Below are positions 1 to 12,310 of a stretch of 64,000 bases of DNA, piece by piece; the stretch's first letter is position 1, and every line of letters starts with the position of its first letter. The notes beneath the pieces are model-generated. The model was not told the DNA's origin, did no database searches, and worked only from the letters and a program-made list of their open reading frames with translations. Origin of the DNA: Nemertoderma westbladi (Eukaryota; Animalia; Xenacoelomorpha); NCBI GenBank assembly GCA_032718475.1, contig JAUCBJ010006254.1, positions 2,310 through 66,309 on the forward strand, in the 5' to 3' direction. The position numbers and the translations under genes are program-made.

Positions 1-395
1 TAGAAAATCCCGCCTCTGTAACCTGCTCCTTTCCCTCAATTAGTTAAGTGATCGTTTATTGTTTTGGTTAGAAAATCCCGCCTCTGCAACCTGCTCCTTT
101 CTCTCAATTGGTAATGTTATCGTTTATTGTTTTGGTTAGAAAAGACCATCTATGTAACCTGCTCCTTTCCTTCATTTGGTAAAGTGATTGTTTATTGTTT
201 TGGTTAGAAAATCCCCCCTCTGTAACCTGCTCCTTTCCCTGATTTGGTAAAGTGACCGTTTATTGTTTTGGTTAGAAAGGCTAGCCTCTGTAACCTGCTC
301 CTTTCCTTCATTTGGTAAAGTGACTGTTTATTGTTTTGGTTAGAAAATCCGGCCTTAACCTGCTCCTTTCCATCAATTGGTAATTGTTTTTGGCT
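1..395. repeat. 68-bp tandem repeat, about 5.7 diverged copies, truncated by the window edge
   Basis: The unit tagaaaatcccgcctctgtaacctgctcctttcc...gtttattgttttggt recurs at 1, 69, 137, 205, 273 and 341. The same unit occurs at ~55935-56070. Confidence 0.9.
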
Positions 396-519
396 ATAAA
401 ATGAGTGTTTTGCTACGTCATGTGGTAATCGATTATCGACAACAACCACAAACTATTAAATTTAGAGTCTTTTACCACAGGCGCATATGGAAATCTATCT
501 CATAGTCTATAAATCATGG

Positions 520-640
520 AATTTTGAATGTTTTGGCACAGGCATAGTGAAACCAACTGTCCGACAGACCAGAAATCAACAAATTTTGAATGTTATGGCA
601 TAGGCATGTTGAAATCAACTGTCTGACAGTCCAGAAATCA
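520..640. repeat. Two-copy ~62-bp direct repeat
   Basis: aattttgaatgtt(t/a)tggca(c/t)aggcat...aactgtc(c/t)gacag(a/t)ccagaaatca is present twice. Confidence 0.75.
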
Positions 641-770
641 GCAGTCTCCTGACAGTTTGAAGAAATACATATATAAAAAGTCATTAAAGGACAACAAAAG
701 TCATTATGCACAATTCGTAAAAAAAGGAGGACTTAAAAAGTCAAATAAAAGGACATAAAAAATCACTGCC

Positions 771-1505
771 TATCATATCATACAGTTGTTATAGCAACAG
801 GGTAAATAATACTTATATCTTATCATACAGTTGCTATAGCAACAGGGTAATTAATACTTATATCATATCATGCAGTTGTTATAGCAACAGGGTAATTAAT
901 ACTTATATCATATCATACAGTTGTTATAGCAACAGGGTAATTAATACTTATATCATATCATACAGTTGTTATAGCAACAGGGTAAATAATACTTATATCA
1001 TATCATACAGTTGCTATAGCAACAGGGTAATTAATACTTATATCATATCATGCAGTTGTTATAGCAACAGGGTAATTAATACTTATATCATATCATACAG
1101 TTGTTATAGCAACAGGGTAATTAATACTTATATCATATCATACAGTTGTTATAGCAACAGGGTAATTAATACTTATATCATATCATACAGTTGTTATAGC
1201 AACAGGGTAATTAATACTTATATCATATCATACAGTTGTTATAGCAACAGGGTAATTAATACTTATATCATATCATACAGTTGTTATAGCAACAGGGTAA
1301 TTAATACTTATATCATATCATACAGTTGTTATAGCAACAGGGTAATTAATACTTATATCATATCATACAGTTGTTATAGCAACAGGGTAATTAATACTTA
1401 TATCATATCATACAGTTGTTATAGCAACAGGGTAATTAATACTTATATCATGTTGTTATACTGTAGCAACAGATTAATTAATACTTATATCATATCATAC
1501 AGTTG
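771..1505. repeat. 45-bp minisatellite (~16 copies), each unit containing an X-box-like palindrome GTTG(T/C)TATAGCAAC
   Basis: The unit tatcatatcatacagttgttatagcaacagggtaattaatactta is nearly identical across copies. Confidence 0.95.
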
Positions 1506-2446
1506 TAGTGTGACCGACTACATGTAGCCCGTAGGCTCATTAAACCACCGCACTGCTTCAATTATTGCCGGAATGCATTGCACTTTACGATGGAGTGATA
1601 ATTATTTATTAATTTCATTTTTTTCATTTTTTACTTATATTTTGTTCGATCCGATCAATCTTCCAAAAATACGGAATGGAACAAAATATCCTCGATCTAG
1701 AAGTTTATTCAGTTAATTTCGCATTATTTATTCAAGATCAGTTGGTAATTAATTATTAATAAATTTTGCATTAAAGGTTTTAGTAAAGTAGGCCATGGTA
1801 GAAGGATCTTTTGCTCAAGTAGCTAGTTTAATCAAATTCAAATTTTTGATTTGATTATTTGATTAACGTTCTGGAATATCAACTCACAAAGTATAGCTAG
1901 TACCGGTATTTAGTATAGCTTGAATTATTTAATTAGACAATGGTGCAAAATCTACCTCAAATTTGCTACAGTATAACTTGTTACGTTTAACTTCTAAATC
2001 AAAAGTAAACGGGTGAAGTGGTCGGCATCGAAATCAAAAGTGAATGTTAAAAAGAAAACAACATCATTTACTCATCTATTTAGTTAAATTGAGAGTCATT
2101 TTCGGATAACACGAATCCCCTCAATATTATTATGTCGTCAAATCTTTATCATAGTGACTGCAATTTGAAACACAACCATTCAACTCACCGTCGATGTCCA
2201 CATGGAGCCATTCCTGATATTGTTATCATTAGAAAGCTTGCGTTTCAAGGATTCCAGATTATTTTATGTATAATGTAACTGTAGTATAGGTACATAAATA
2301 TTCAAATATTGCAAGAATTACCGTTCGATGATGGCCATTTATTAATAAGTTTATTATTAATATTATTATTATTATTATTATACAGTAGTTATTTGTATAT
2401 AAAAGCACACTCAAAGTAATATTGATCCCATGTATTTGTTTTGCAG

Positions 2447-2594
2447 GGACATGGTGTGGGTTGAGATAATACCTGGGATCTCTATTCCTGTACCAGCGCG
2501 ATTCGCGGGATCCGTACAGAGGTATCGAACACCGATCGCGGTTTTACTCTGCGTTATGGTCGTCATGTTCCTGTACTGTATATTTTTGAAATAA
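2447..2594 (+). CDS. Possible terminal exon encoding a C-terminal transmembrane (tail-anchor-like) segment; upstream exons not identified
   Basis: Acceptor tttgttttgcag ends at 2446. The open frame DMVWVEIIPGISIPVPARFAGSVQRYRTPIAVLLCVMVVMFLYCIFLK* has higher GC than its flanks, and an AATAAA overlaps the stop codon. Confidence 0.4.
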
Positions 2595-3258
2595 AGTTTA
2601 TTTGATATATAATATTAATTAAGCGTTAAAGAGACTGTTTATCTTGACTTAATTCAGGATACTGAATTAATAATTGTATAACCTATCTCGGTTTACTGTA
2701 ATGTGTACCACATGGGTACCGGTACTGTATAGGAGATATGAGGGAATCTTGACACAATCAAAATGGAAACATTACAAAGTGAATATCGACGCTAATCATC
2801 TCTGATTACGAACTAAAATGAAACTGAAACATGTGATAGGCCTATTGTCTCTCGCTTATTGCTTTGATTAGAATAGCATTCCCAATGTAAATAAATATGT
2901 AAATTGTAGTCTTCGGCTTGTTTAACCTATACAGTATAAATTAAAGTAACCGCCCAACCCCGGGAACGGGGTTGCCATGTATGTGGATGGTGCCTGGGGC
3001 CACACTTCATTTATTTACTTTTTTTAAAATCATTTAAAAATAATATTCGAACAAAGTTAGATAAAATATGCACAAATTATTGTTTATCGGTTATTGTTCA
3101 TTGGAATTTGTTTATTATTATTGTTACAAAAAGTAAAGGCAACAAACTTCCTCCATAACACACCTCGTTTGTTGTTAAACAATGTTTCAATTTTCGATTC
3201 ACAAATAACTTACACCATGGCGAACCAATACAACACGCTATTACGTGAATTGCTACTG

Positions 3259-4525
3259 TCCACGAAGCTAAGGAAAATCAACTACTTTCGCTAAGAAAGA
3301 TTTTCCTTAGCTGAGATGGTCTATTCATAGTGGGCTATTTTACTTGTATGGGGCAGATTTAGTGTTTTTTGGTCGGGGAAAAAACTAGCCTTTAAAAGTA
3401 CCCTGAAATTTTCCATGTATATACTACTCATCAAGGCGCGTCGTGTGGGATGGGTCTCATCTCCAGGAAAAATCTGGTTTCCATGGCAACGGACTTAGAA
3501 AAAAGTCTATGTATTTCAAGTCAATATTTGTAACTCTATTTGTAGGAAAACTATAATACATATAAACTTGGGGTTTCTCAACACAACTATAAGGTCCATA
3601 GCAGAGCCGATTGAGGTTAAATAGAAAATCCAGTTACCTTGGCAACCGGGCTAAACAGATGTTAAAATTTTTAAAATGTTAATTTGAAGCCTAAGGTTAA
3701 GGTGTGATGACTTGGGACCAATCCCTACCCCCACTATATAACTTATTCTGCGTCCGAATTTGATTGTTCTATTTTGCAGTTACCTTGACAACCGCTGAAA
3801 ACAGATGTTTTTATACGAAAATTATTCATTTGTACATAGACTTCACGATAAAATTTTACGAAACTAGGTATGTGTTATCTGGACCACTAGTTGGAACTTT
3901 TAGTGAAACTCAAAACATTCCAGAAATATCTAGTTACCATGGTAACTGTAGTTTTTTTAAAGTTATATATCATTCAAGTCTATAATCATAACTCTATTTG
4001 GAGAAAAACTGTAATATATATAAACTTGGGGTTTTGCAACTCATCTATAAGGTCCATATACAAGCCGTTCGAAGTTAATTAGAAAATCCATTTACCATAG
4101 CAACAAGAGTAAACAGATGTTAAAATTAATAAAATGATAATTTGAAGCACAATTTAATAGTATTATGACTTGGGACCAACACCTACCCCCACTATATGAC
4201 TTATTCTGCATCCGAATTACATTGTTCTATTTTTCAGTTTCCATGACAACCACTGCAAACAGATGCATTTTGATAGAAAATCTGTAATTTGGACATAAAC
4301 TACAATATTTTCTGAAACTCGATGTGTTATCTGAAAAACAATCTGGACTGAATCTTTTTTCAAAGGTAAAACCAACAGTTCCAGAGAACTCTAGTTTCCA
4401 TGGGAATATAAGTTATTTATTGGCAAATGCTACTAAACTAGGCTAAGCAACGAACCAAATTGTGGCCGTTTGTTTAATTTTCCTTAGCTTCGTGGTTGCA
4501 TTTCCTTTAGGAAATGCCTTTCTAG
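3259..4525 (+). mobile_element. Non-autonomous Helitron/Helentron-like element, copy H1 (1267 bp)
   Basis: Begins 5'-TCCACGAAGCTAAGGAAAAT. Has the subterminal inverted copy ATTTTCCTTAGCTTCGTGG, the hairpin GCATTTCCTTTAGGAAATGC and a 3' end CTAG followed by TA. No TSD. Nearly identical to 16519-17789 in inverse orientation. Confidence 0.8.
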
Positions 4526-4584
4526 TATTTTTGTACAAACTTACATTTATTATGAATATACAGAAATAAAAGGCAAAGGTTACT

Positions 4585-4880
4585 GACCTGACCCATTGCT
4601 CAATTATTAACCGGACCCGTTGACAGAACCCATTGACCGGACCCATTACCATTTAAATGAGCAGGTTCGTAAAGGAGCAAGTTATACAGATGGGGTTTGG
4701 GGGCACCAAAACAATAAACGAAAGTTAACACATGTTACAAGAATATGGGTCCGGTCACAAAGTTGAGGTAATAAGGGTCCGGTCAATAATACACAATAAA
4801 ATATAATCAAATATAAAGCTTCATTGCGGTATTTAGAGGGTCGGGGTACAGTCAATGTGTCCGCCCGGTCAGTAGCCACT
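4585..4880. repeat. Degenerate inverted-repeat (MITE-like) remnant
   Basis: Repeated (tga)ccggacccat motifs at ~4585-4650 face their complements atgggtccggtca/gggtccggtcaa at ~4745-4790. Confidence 0.4.
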
Positions 4881-5550
4881 TCCAAAATAAAATCTAGATA
4901 AACTAAAATGCATTGGGTTTATTAATTAATTGCTCAACAGGAATATGACTCGTCTGTTTTAAGAAAATATACAGATTATAAAGATGGAGTCTTATTTAGA
5001 AACAATAAATGTGTAAGATAATAGTTATGCCCAGGACCTACAGTATTAATCCCTGCAACCAATGTCTTATGGTTTATGGTCTGGCTTTTAAGAGGGAAAT
5101 TCAAACAAGTAAACAGGTGGTGTCCAGAAACAGTTAATTGCACAGTCAGCCTGTCTATAGCCGATGCGATAGCCCCTAGTAGTATTTATTTGAAAGTTTC
5201 GGACATTATTGCTGTATTGCACTCAATTACCCAATATAGTTTTATTCAATTCAGTTTAGTGTTTATATTCTACAGTGGTGACTGGTTCCAGTCTGTTATT
5301 AATATAGACGACTGATCTGAATCAGTATTTACCGGTACTGGCATTATTTGTTATTAGTCTGTTAGTTTTGCAATGCAATTAATGATTTTAATATTGTATC
5401 CGTCTTGTTCGCTGTTTGAATGATTCTCCTTGCTGGCTTTCGTAATGCTCCTTAAATTTAGTATTTAAACCTTCCGGAATTCTCCCTACGGCATACGGCT
5501 GTACGGTGTTTATTGTAATACGTAAGCTGCTGGATTGAGTGCTTAGAACA

Positions 5551-6384
5551 ATGGCAACTAACTACGGCTCGTTACTCTCAGCATTTCTCCCCCGCCCCGA
5601 TTTAGCGCCGGTGTTTTCGCCTATTTTTCGCGAACATCAGACGTCGCAACCTAAACACGGCGACATCATCGAACTATCGGGTCTAACTAACTCCGGTAAA
5701 TCCCAACTCACCCTCCATTGGTGCGCCAATATAATCTCGTCACGTGACTTGGCACCTAATAACCACGTGATTGTTGTCGACAGCGACGCGAAATTCCCTA
5801 TTGTTAGACTGGTTGAGATATTGACGTCCCGACTAGAGACTGTTAATCTGACAGACGGCGATAAACGACAATATATCGATGAGTGTCTGAAACGAGTTCT
5901 TGTCGTAAGATGCTTCAACTCTTCGCAATACAACGAGAGTTTAGAGGGAATATTAAAGATACTGAATGATAATGTATCAGTGGCTGCAGTTATTGTGGAC
6001 AGCTTATCTTCTTTTTATTGGGAAGAGCGTGGTTTATCTCAGCAACGGTGTACCTCCTACTGGTCTATCCAACAACAGTACGTAGGTAAACTGATACGAA
6101 TTGCCTCGGACTACAGTGTCACCTTGATCGGGGTCAGACCGTTGTACGAGTCACACAGACCAGACGGTACATCTTTCCTACTGAGAGACCATATGTGCCC
6201 CTTGTGGTCAAACAACATTACACATTCCTTGATTTTGTCACGCATCGACATCGACACAAGTGTTTGTTACAAACTGAAAGTAATTGGTAGTTCCAATCCT
6301 ACTGGAGAAAGTCTTACATTTAGTATAAATAAATTCGGCGTACAATTTCCTGATGTTAATTTTGATAGTGATTTCGTATCGTAA
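5551..6384 (+). CDS. XRCC2: DNA repair protein XRCC2 (RAD51 paralog), single exon
   Basis: Walker A IIELSGLTNSGKSQL, VIVVDSDAKF, and Walker B VIVDSLSSFYWEER (XRCC2-type DSLSxFYW). About 277 aa from the ATG at 5551, with no RAD51 N-terminal domain. Confidence 0.85.
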   Translation: MATNYGSLLSAFLPRPDLAPVFSPIFREHQTSQPKHGDIIELSGLTNSGKSQLTLHWCANIISSRDLAPNNHVIVVDSDAKFPIVRLVEILTSRLETVNLTDGDKRQYIDECLKRVLVVRCFNSSQYNESLEGILKILNDNVSVAAVIVDSLSSFYWEERGLSQQRCTSYWSIQQQYVGKLIRIASDYSVTLIGVRPLYESHRPDGTSFLLRDHMCPLWSNNITHSLILSRIDIDTSVCYKLKVIGSSNPTGESLTFSINKFGVQFPDVNFDSDFVS

Positions 6385-6605
6385 AATACTCCACCTTAAT
6401 TAAATACTGAACCAGACGGCCTTCCAACCACAAGTTATATCGGACCTTGCCTACATTTCTTTAAATGAATTCGCGATTCGGGTAACTTATTATCCATATA
6501 TTCATGTGGATACACGGAAATAACGCTGTCGGAATGCAAGGACTTCATGCAATGTGAATTCCAATCAAATGTTTACGTAAATCTAATAATTAATTATTAA
6601 CACCA

Positions 6606-6725
6606 ACTACCATGGCAACCTTCTCGAGCCGAGTTCCCACAAAATATCTCAGATGATATAAAATTATAAATTATTAAAACCGCATCTAGGAATAGTTGCT
6701 AAGCAACCTGTGAGCCGTAATTGGT
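6606..6725 (+). promoter_or_regulatory. Candidate promoter elements of the EGF/LU gene: two RFX X-box-like sites and an inverted CCAAT box
   Basis: actaccatggcaac (6606-6619), gttgctaagcaac (6695-6707) and attgg (~6720) lie 150-270 bp upstream of the ATG at 6876. Motif match only. Confidence 0.35.
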
Positions 6726-6875
6726 TAGAATAACGACACCTGCGCTGATCAATAAAACTGGAGAGACTTAATGTAACTGGACAAAAAACGCATTGAGGTA
6801 TAATGTAATATCTACAGTTATATTTATTATCGTTCTAATTACACTTATAAATTTCACTCATTAACGCCAATAACC

Positions 6876-8787
6876 ATGCATTGCGTCGCCCTAGCAACCC
6901 TGGGCTTATTGACTATGTTGCCTTGGGTTGCTCGTGGCAACGTTGGTGACCACGGTTTCGGCAACTACGACGGTCTGGATGACCCCAACGCTTTGGACCC
7001 CAACAATAAAAACCCGCTGGAATCCTGCGACATCTTCTACACAAAGTGTCAAGGTAACTCCCACTGCGCGATCACGAGTTACTACCAGCAGTACTTCGGT
7101 AGGTGTCTGTGCGCCGACGGGTTCGTTCTCGACGCTGAGAAACACATCTGTCGCAACTGTACCGACGCGGCCGGGGGTTTCCCTTGCGGGGCTAACGCAG
7201 CCTGCGTTAAGGATGAAGCTTTCGATCCGTACATCACAGAGATTTACCGCTGCCAATGCGACGTGGGGTTCGTCGCGGATATAAACAGTACCGAGGGCGC
7301 CTGCGTTAAGTGCGACCCCTCGCGGTTGGGCGTGGAACAGAGTTGCGGGCCGGTAGGTAACTGCGTGATAACGGACGGGACAGCGCTGGACGACATGGCG
7401 GAAGAGACACCGCGTGGCTGCCAGTGCTACGCCGGGTACATAGAGGACGGGTTCGTACGCTCGTGTCGCGCGTGCAATGAGCGTCTCGTACCGGTGAACA
7501 AGGACGAGTGCGTCGACCTCAATGCGGTCTGCGAGTACTCGCTAGAGGCGCAGCGCTACAAGTGTCTGTGCGAGTTCGGTAACTATACGTGGAACGCGGG
7601 GAATACTTCGTGCGTTCGTTGCACCATCGACGAACCGGTAGCGGAGAACCGCGCCTACTGCCCCCAAGGGCAGACGTGCGTGGCCCCGCTGAACTACGAG
7701 GACGGACGGACGCTCTGCTACAAGCTGTGCAACCCCACCTGGGTGGTGGACCCGTGTAACAACGGACAGACATCCCAGATATGTACCCCCTCCGTCGACG
7801 CTATCTGGCACATGAGCAACAGGAACCGCGTTTGTGAGTGTCAGGAGGGCTACGAACGCTCCAGGGATGGGACCTGCATCCCCACAGGGAACCGTCTCAC
7901 CTGTGAGTATTTCTATTGTATAGGAAGTAATACCTTGTTACTATTCTGTGCCAATATCAAAGGTATGCGAAATAACTATTTAAGCTGTGGCAAAAAAAGT
8001 GTACTTCTTTGTCGAGCGATATTATTTGGCGAGCGTAGCGAGGCAAATAAGACAAAAAATATTACTTTTTACCACCACTTAAATAGTTATTTCGCATGGT
8101 ATTTTTTCCAAAAAATGTTCTAGAAAAAAAATATGTTCTAGAAAACAATATTTATCAAAATTGATAGCTAACACGTGTTCTATAACATTTATAAAAAAAT
8201 AGCAAAAACTAGCCAGTATAAAAAATGGAAATTACTTTGAAATTTAATTTAGTTCTTTTGACAAAAATAATGACTTACTACAAATAAAAGTTATTATTTG
8301 TCTACCAATTATTAAATTTAATGCACCAACACAATCACCCTATTACCATAACAACGTTCTGCGTCTACCTCCAGGTTACACGTGCGAACATGGCGATCAC
8401 AAATGCAACGAGATTCAGGACACCTCCAAGAACTTCTACAAGCTGTGCGAATACGACGAGGTCTGTTACACCGAGATGCTTCACTGGGTCGAGGATGAGG
8501 GGGGCACGGGGGTCGAGGGGTCAACTCTGCGATGGAGTTACCGACGCGACTGTCGCAAGGACCCCTGCGACTGGATCAACCCGATCACCGACTGCGTCGA
8601 CGTCGGGGGTCGTCTCCATTGCGAGTGGTGCATCTGGTTCGGGCCCCAGAAGCAGTGCCTCAGCTGCTGCGAGGATCCACTCTGCAACTGGTACGAACTC
8701 GATCGTGGCGGCTCCCAGCCAATCAGAGGCCATCAGCTAGGGGTTGTTTACCTCGTTGTCATGGTAGCCGTCGTAATCCACTCATAA
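6876..8787 (+). CDS. Secreted/GPI-anchored cysteine-rich protein: signal peptide, EGF/EB-like repeats, Ly6/uPAR (LU) domain and GPI signal; exons 6876-7902 and 8375-8787 (~479 aa)
   Basis: Hydrophobic N-terminus. Repeated CxCxxG(F/Y) EGF-like ends (CLCADGF, CQCDVGF, CQCYAGY, CECQEGY). Donor t|GTGAGT at 7903 and acceptor ctccAG at 8374 join in frame to give LTCYTC...CLSCCEDPLCN (LU hallmarks), followed by the hydrophobic tail LGVVYLVVMVAVVIHS. Confidence 0.8.
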
Positions 8788-9298
8788 TAAATTCGTTACA
8801 GCTTCGAGATAGAACTTTATTTTTGAACATTAATATATTTTGTTCCCTGGAAGCACCTCAGTTTCTATTTATTTCACACCATAAATCATTATTGTATTCA
8901 AAAATTATTGTTTTCAAAATAATTATAATTCATCCGACGAATAGGATTGCACATTGGTTAGACTGGCGGGAGATGTTTATAAGAATTTCAGTTGAAGTAG
9001 AGTATCGGACCCGATATGGCACGCCACGTCAACCTCATCTTAAAATAATTCACGTTTAACGTATCGTTAGTGTTACAACGTGTAATAACACTGCGCTGAA
9101 ATCTAGTCTAATCTAGCTTTTGTACTTTCTATCTAATTTAGTGATGGAAAGTAATAATATTGAGTGATAAAAGTATAGCCATGATAGCACGTGTTACGTG
9201 CTGGCCCGTTACGGCCTATTATGGGGACGGGAGGGGGCTACTTCGGTCTTAAAAGACATGGAATTCAATTTATGTTAGTTTTAGGTTAGCCTGGTGTA

Positions 9299-11028
9299 CT
9301 AGAAAGGAATTTCCTAAAGGAAATGCAACCACGAAGCTAAGGAAAATTAAACAAACGGCCACACTTTGGTTCGTTGCTTAGCCTCGTTAAGTAGCAATTG
9401 TCAATAATTAACTTCTATTCCCATGGAAACTAGAGTTCTCTGGAACTGTTGCTTTAAGCTTTGAAAAAAAATTCAGTACAGATTGTGTTTCAGATAACAC
9501 ATATACTGAGTTTCAGAAAATATTGTAGTTTATGTCCAAATTACCGATTTTCTATCAAAATGCATCTGTTTGCAGTGGTTGTCATGGAAACTGGAAAATA
9601 GAACAATGTAATTCGGATGCAGAATAAGTCATATAGTGGGGGTAGGGGTTAGTCCCAAGTCATAATACTATTAACTTGTGCTTCAAATTATCATTTTATA
9701 AATTTTAACATCTGTTTAGACTTGTTGCTATGGTAACTGTATTTTCTAATTAACCTCAAACGGCTTGGATATGGATCTTATAGATGAGTTGCAAAACCCC
9801 AAGTTTATATATATTACAGTTTTGCTACAAATAGAGTTATCAATATAGATTTGAATGATATAGAGTTTAATAAAACTACAGTTACCATGGTAACTAAATT
9901 TCTGGAATAATTTAAGTTTCACTAAAAGTTCCAACTAGTGGTCCAGATAACACATACCCAGTTTTGTAAAATTTTATCGTGAAGTCTATGTCCAAATGAA
10001 TAAGTTTTGAATAAAAACATCTGTTTTCAGCGGTTGTCACGGTAACTGAAAAATAGAACAATGTAATTCGAATGCAGAATAAGTTATATAGTGGGGGTAG
10101 GGGTTGGTCCCAAGTCATAATACTATTAACTTGTGCTTCAAATTATTATATTTTAAATTTTGACATCTGTTTAGTCTTGTTGCTATGGTAACTAGATTGT
10201 GTAATTATTCTCGAACGGCTTCTATATGGACCTTATAGATGAGTTGCAATACCCCAAATTTATATATATTACATTATTTTGTAACAAATAGAGTATTGAA
10301 TTTAGACTTGAATGATATAGACTTTAATAAACTCCAGTTACCATGGTACCTAGATATTTCTGGAATGTTTTGAGTTTCACTAAAAGTTCCAACTAGTGCT
10401 CCAGTCCTGATAACACATACCCAGTTTCGTAAAATTTTATTGCGAAGTCTATGTCCAAATGAGCTAATTTTCTATAAAAACATCTGTTTTCAGCGGTTGT
10501 CATGGTAACTGCAAAATATAACAATCAAATTCGGACGCAGAATAAGTTATATAGTGGGGGTAGGGGTTGGTCCCAAGTCATCACACATTAACCTTAGGCT
10601 TCAAATTAACATTTTATAAATTTTAACATCTGTTTAGCCCGGTTGCCAAGGTAACTGGATTTTCTATTTAACCTCAATCGGCTATGCTATGGACCTTATA
10701 GTTGAGTTGCGAAACCCCAAGTTTATATCTATTATAGTTTCCCTACAAATAGAGTTACAAATATTGACTTGAAATACATAGACTTTTTTCTATGTCCGTT
10801 GCCATGGAAACCAGATTTTTCCTGGATATGAGACCCATCCCACACGACGCGCCTCGACGAATAGTATATACATGCAAAATTTCAGGGTACTTTTAAAGGC
10901 TAGTTTTTGCTGGACTTAAAAAAAACTAATCTGCCCCATACAAGTAAAATAGCCCACTATGAATAGACCATCTCAGCTAAGGAAAATCTTTCTTAGCGAA
11001 AGTAGTTGATTTTCCTTAGCTTCGTGGA
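9299..11028 (-). mobile_element. Helitron/Helentron-like copy H2 (1730 bp, with one extra ~460-bp internal unit)
   Basis: Same termini as H1 in reverse (ctagaaagg...cttcgtgga). The internal block agtggggg...cccaagtcat occurs three times instead of twice. Confidence 0.8.
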
Positions 11029-11030
11029 TA

Positions 11031-12284
11031 CTAGAAAGGCATTTCCTAAAGGAAATGCAACCACGAAGCTAAGGAAAATTAAACAAAGGGCCACAATTTG
11101 GTTTGTTGCTTAGCCTAGTTTAGTAGCATTTGCCAATAAATAACTTATATTCCTATGGAAACTAGAGTTCTCTGGAACTGTTGGTTTTACCTTTGAAAAA
11201 AGATTCAGTCCAGATTGTGGTTCAGATAACATACCGAGTTTCAGAAAATATTGTAGTTTATGTCCAAATTACCGATTTTCTATCAAAATGCATCTGTTTG
11301 CAGTGGTTGTCATGGAAACTGAAAAATAGAACAATGTAATTCGGATGCAGAATAAGTCATATAGTGGGAGTAGGTCTTGTTGCCAAGTCATTATGCTACT
11401 AACTTGTGCTTCAAATTATCATTTTATAAATTTTAACATCTGTTTAGTCTTGTTACTATGGTAACTGGATTGTGTAATTAACCTCGAATGGCTTGTATAT
11501 GGCCTTATAGATGTGTTGCAAAACCCCAAATTTGTATATATTACATTATTTTGCTACAAATAGAGTATTGAATGATATAGACTTTAATAAACTACAGTTA
11601 CCATGGTAACTAGGTATTTCTGGAATGTTTTGAGTTTCACTAAAAGTTCCAACTAGTGGTCCAGATAACACATACCCAGTTTTGTAAAATTTCATCGCGA
11701 AGTCTATGTCCAAATGAATAATTTTTATATAAAAACATCTGTTTTCAGCGGTTGTCATGGTAACTGCAAAATAGAACAATCAAATTCGGACGCAGAATAA
11801 GTTATATAGTGGGGGTAGGGGTTGGTCCCAAGTCATCACACATTAACCTTAGGCTTCAAATTAACATTTTATAAATATTAACATCTGTTTAGCCCGGTTG
11901 CCAAGGTAACTGGATTTTCTATTTAACCTCAATCGACTCTGATATGAACCTTATAGTCGAGTTGAGAAACCCCAAGTTTATATCTGTTATAGTTTTCCTA
12001 CAAATAGAGTTTTAAATATTGACTTGAAATACATACGACTTTTTTCTAAGTCCGTTGCCATGGAAACCAGATTTTTCCTGGATATGAGACCCATCCCACA
12101 CGACGCGCCTTGATGAGTAGTATATACATGCAAATTTCAGGGTACTTTTAAAGGCTAGTTTTTGCTGGACTTAAAAAACACTAAATCTGCTCCATACAAG
12201 TAAAATAGCCCACTATGAATAGACCATCTCAGCTAAGGAAAATCTTTCTTAGCGAAAGTAGTTGATTTTCCTTAGCTTCGTGGA
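11031..12284 (-). mobile_element. Helitron/Helentron-like copy H3
   Basis: Same termini; separated from H2 only by the dinucleotide TA. Confidence 0.8.
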
Positions 12285-12310
12285 ACTTGTAAATCATAAG
12301 TTACCACCTA

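Noticed and set aside
3259-4525. Tc1/mariner-type MITE with TA TSD
   Set aside because: The inverted repeats are asymmetric (one is subterminal), TA occurs on only one side, and the empty site reconstructed in the LINE shows no duplication.
7903-8123. C-terminus of the 415-aa ORF as real coding sequence
   Set aside because: It reads through a GTGAGT donor into AT-rich repeat-like intron sequence; splicing to 8375 gives a coherent LU domain.
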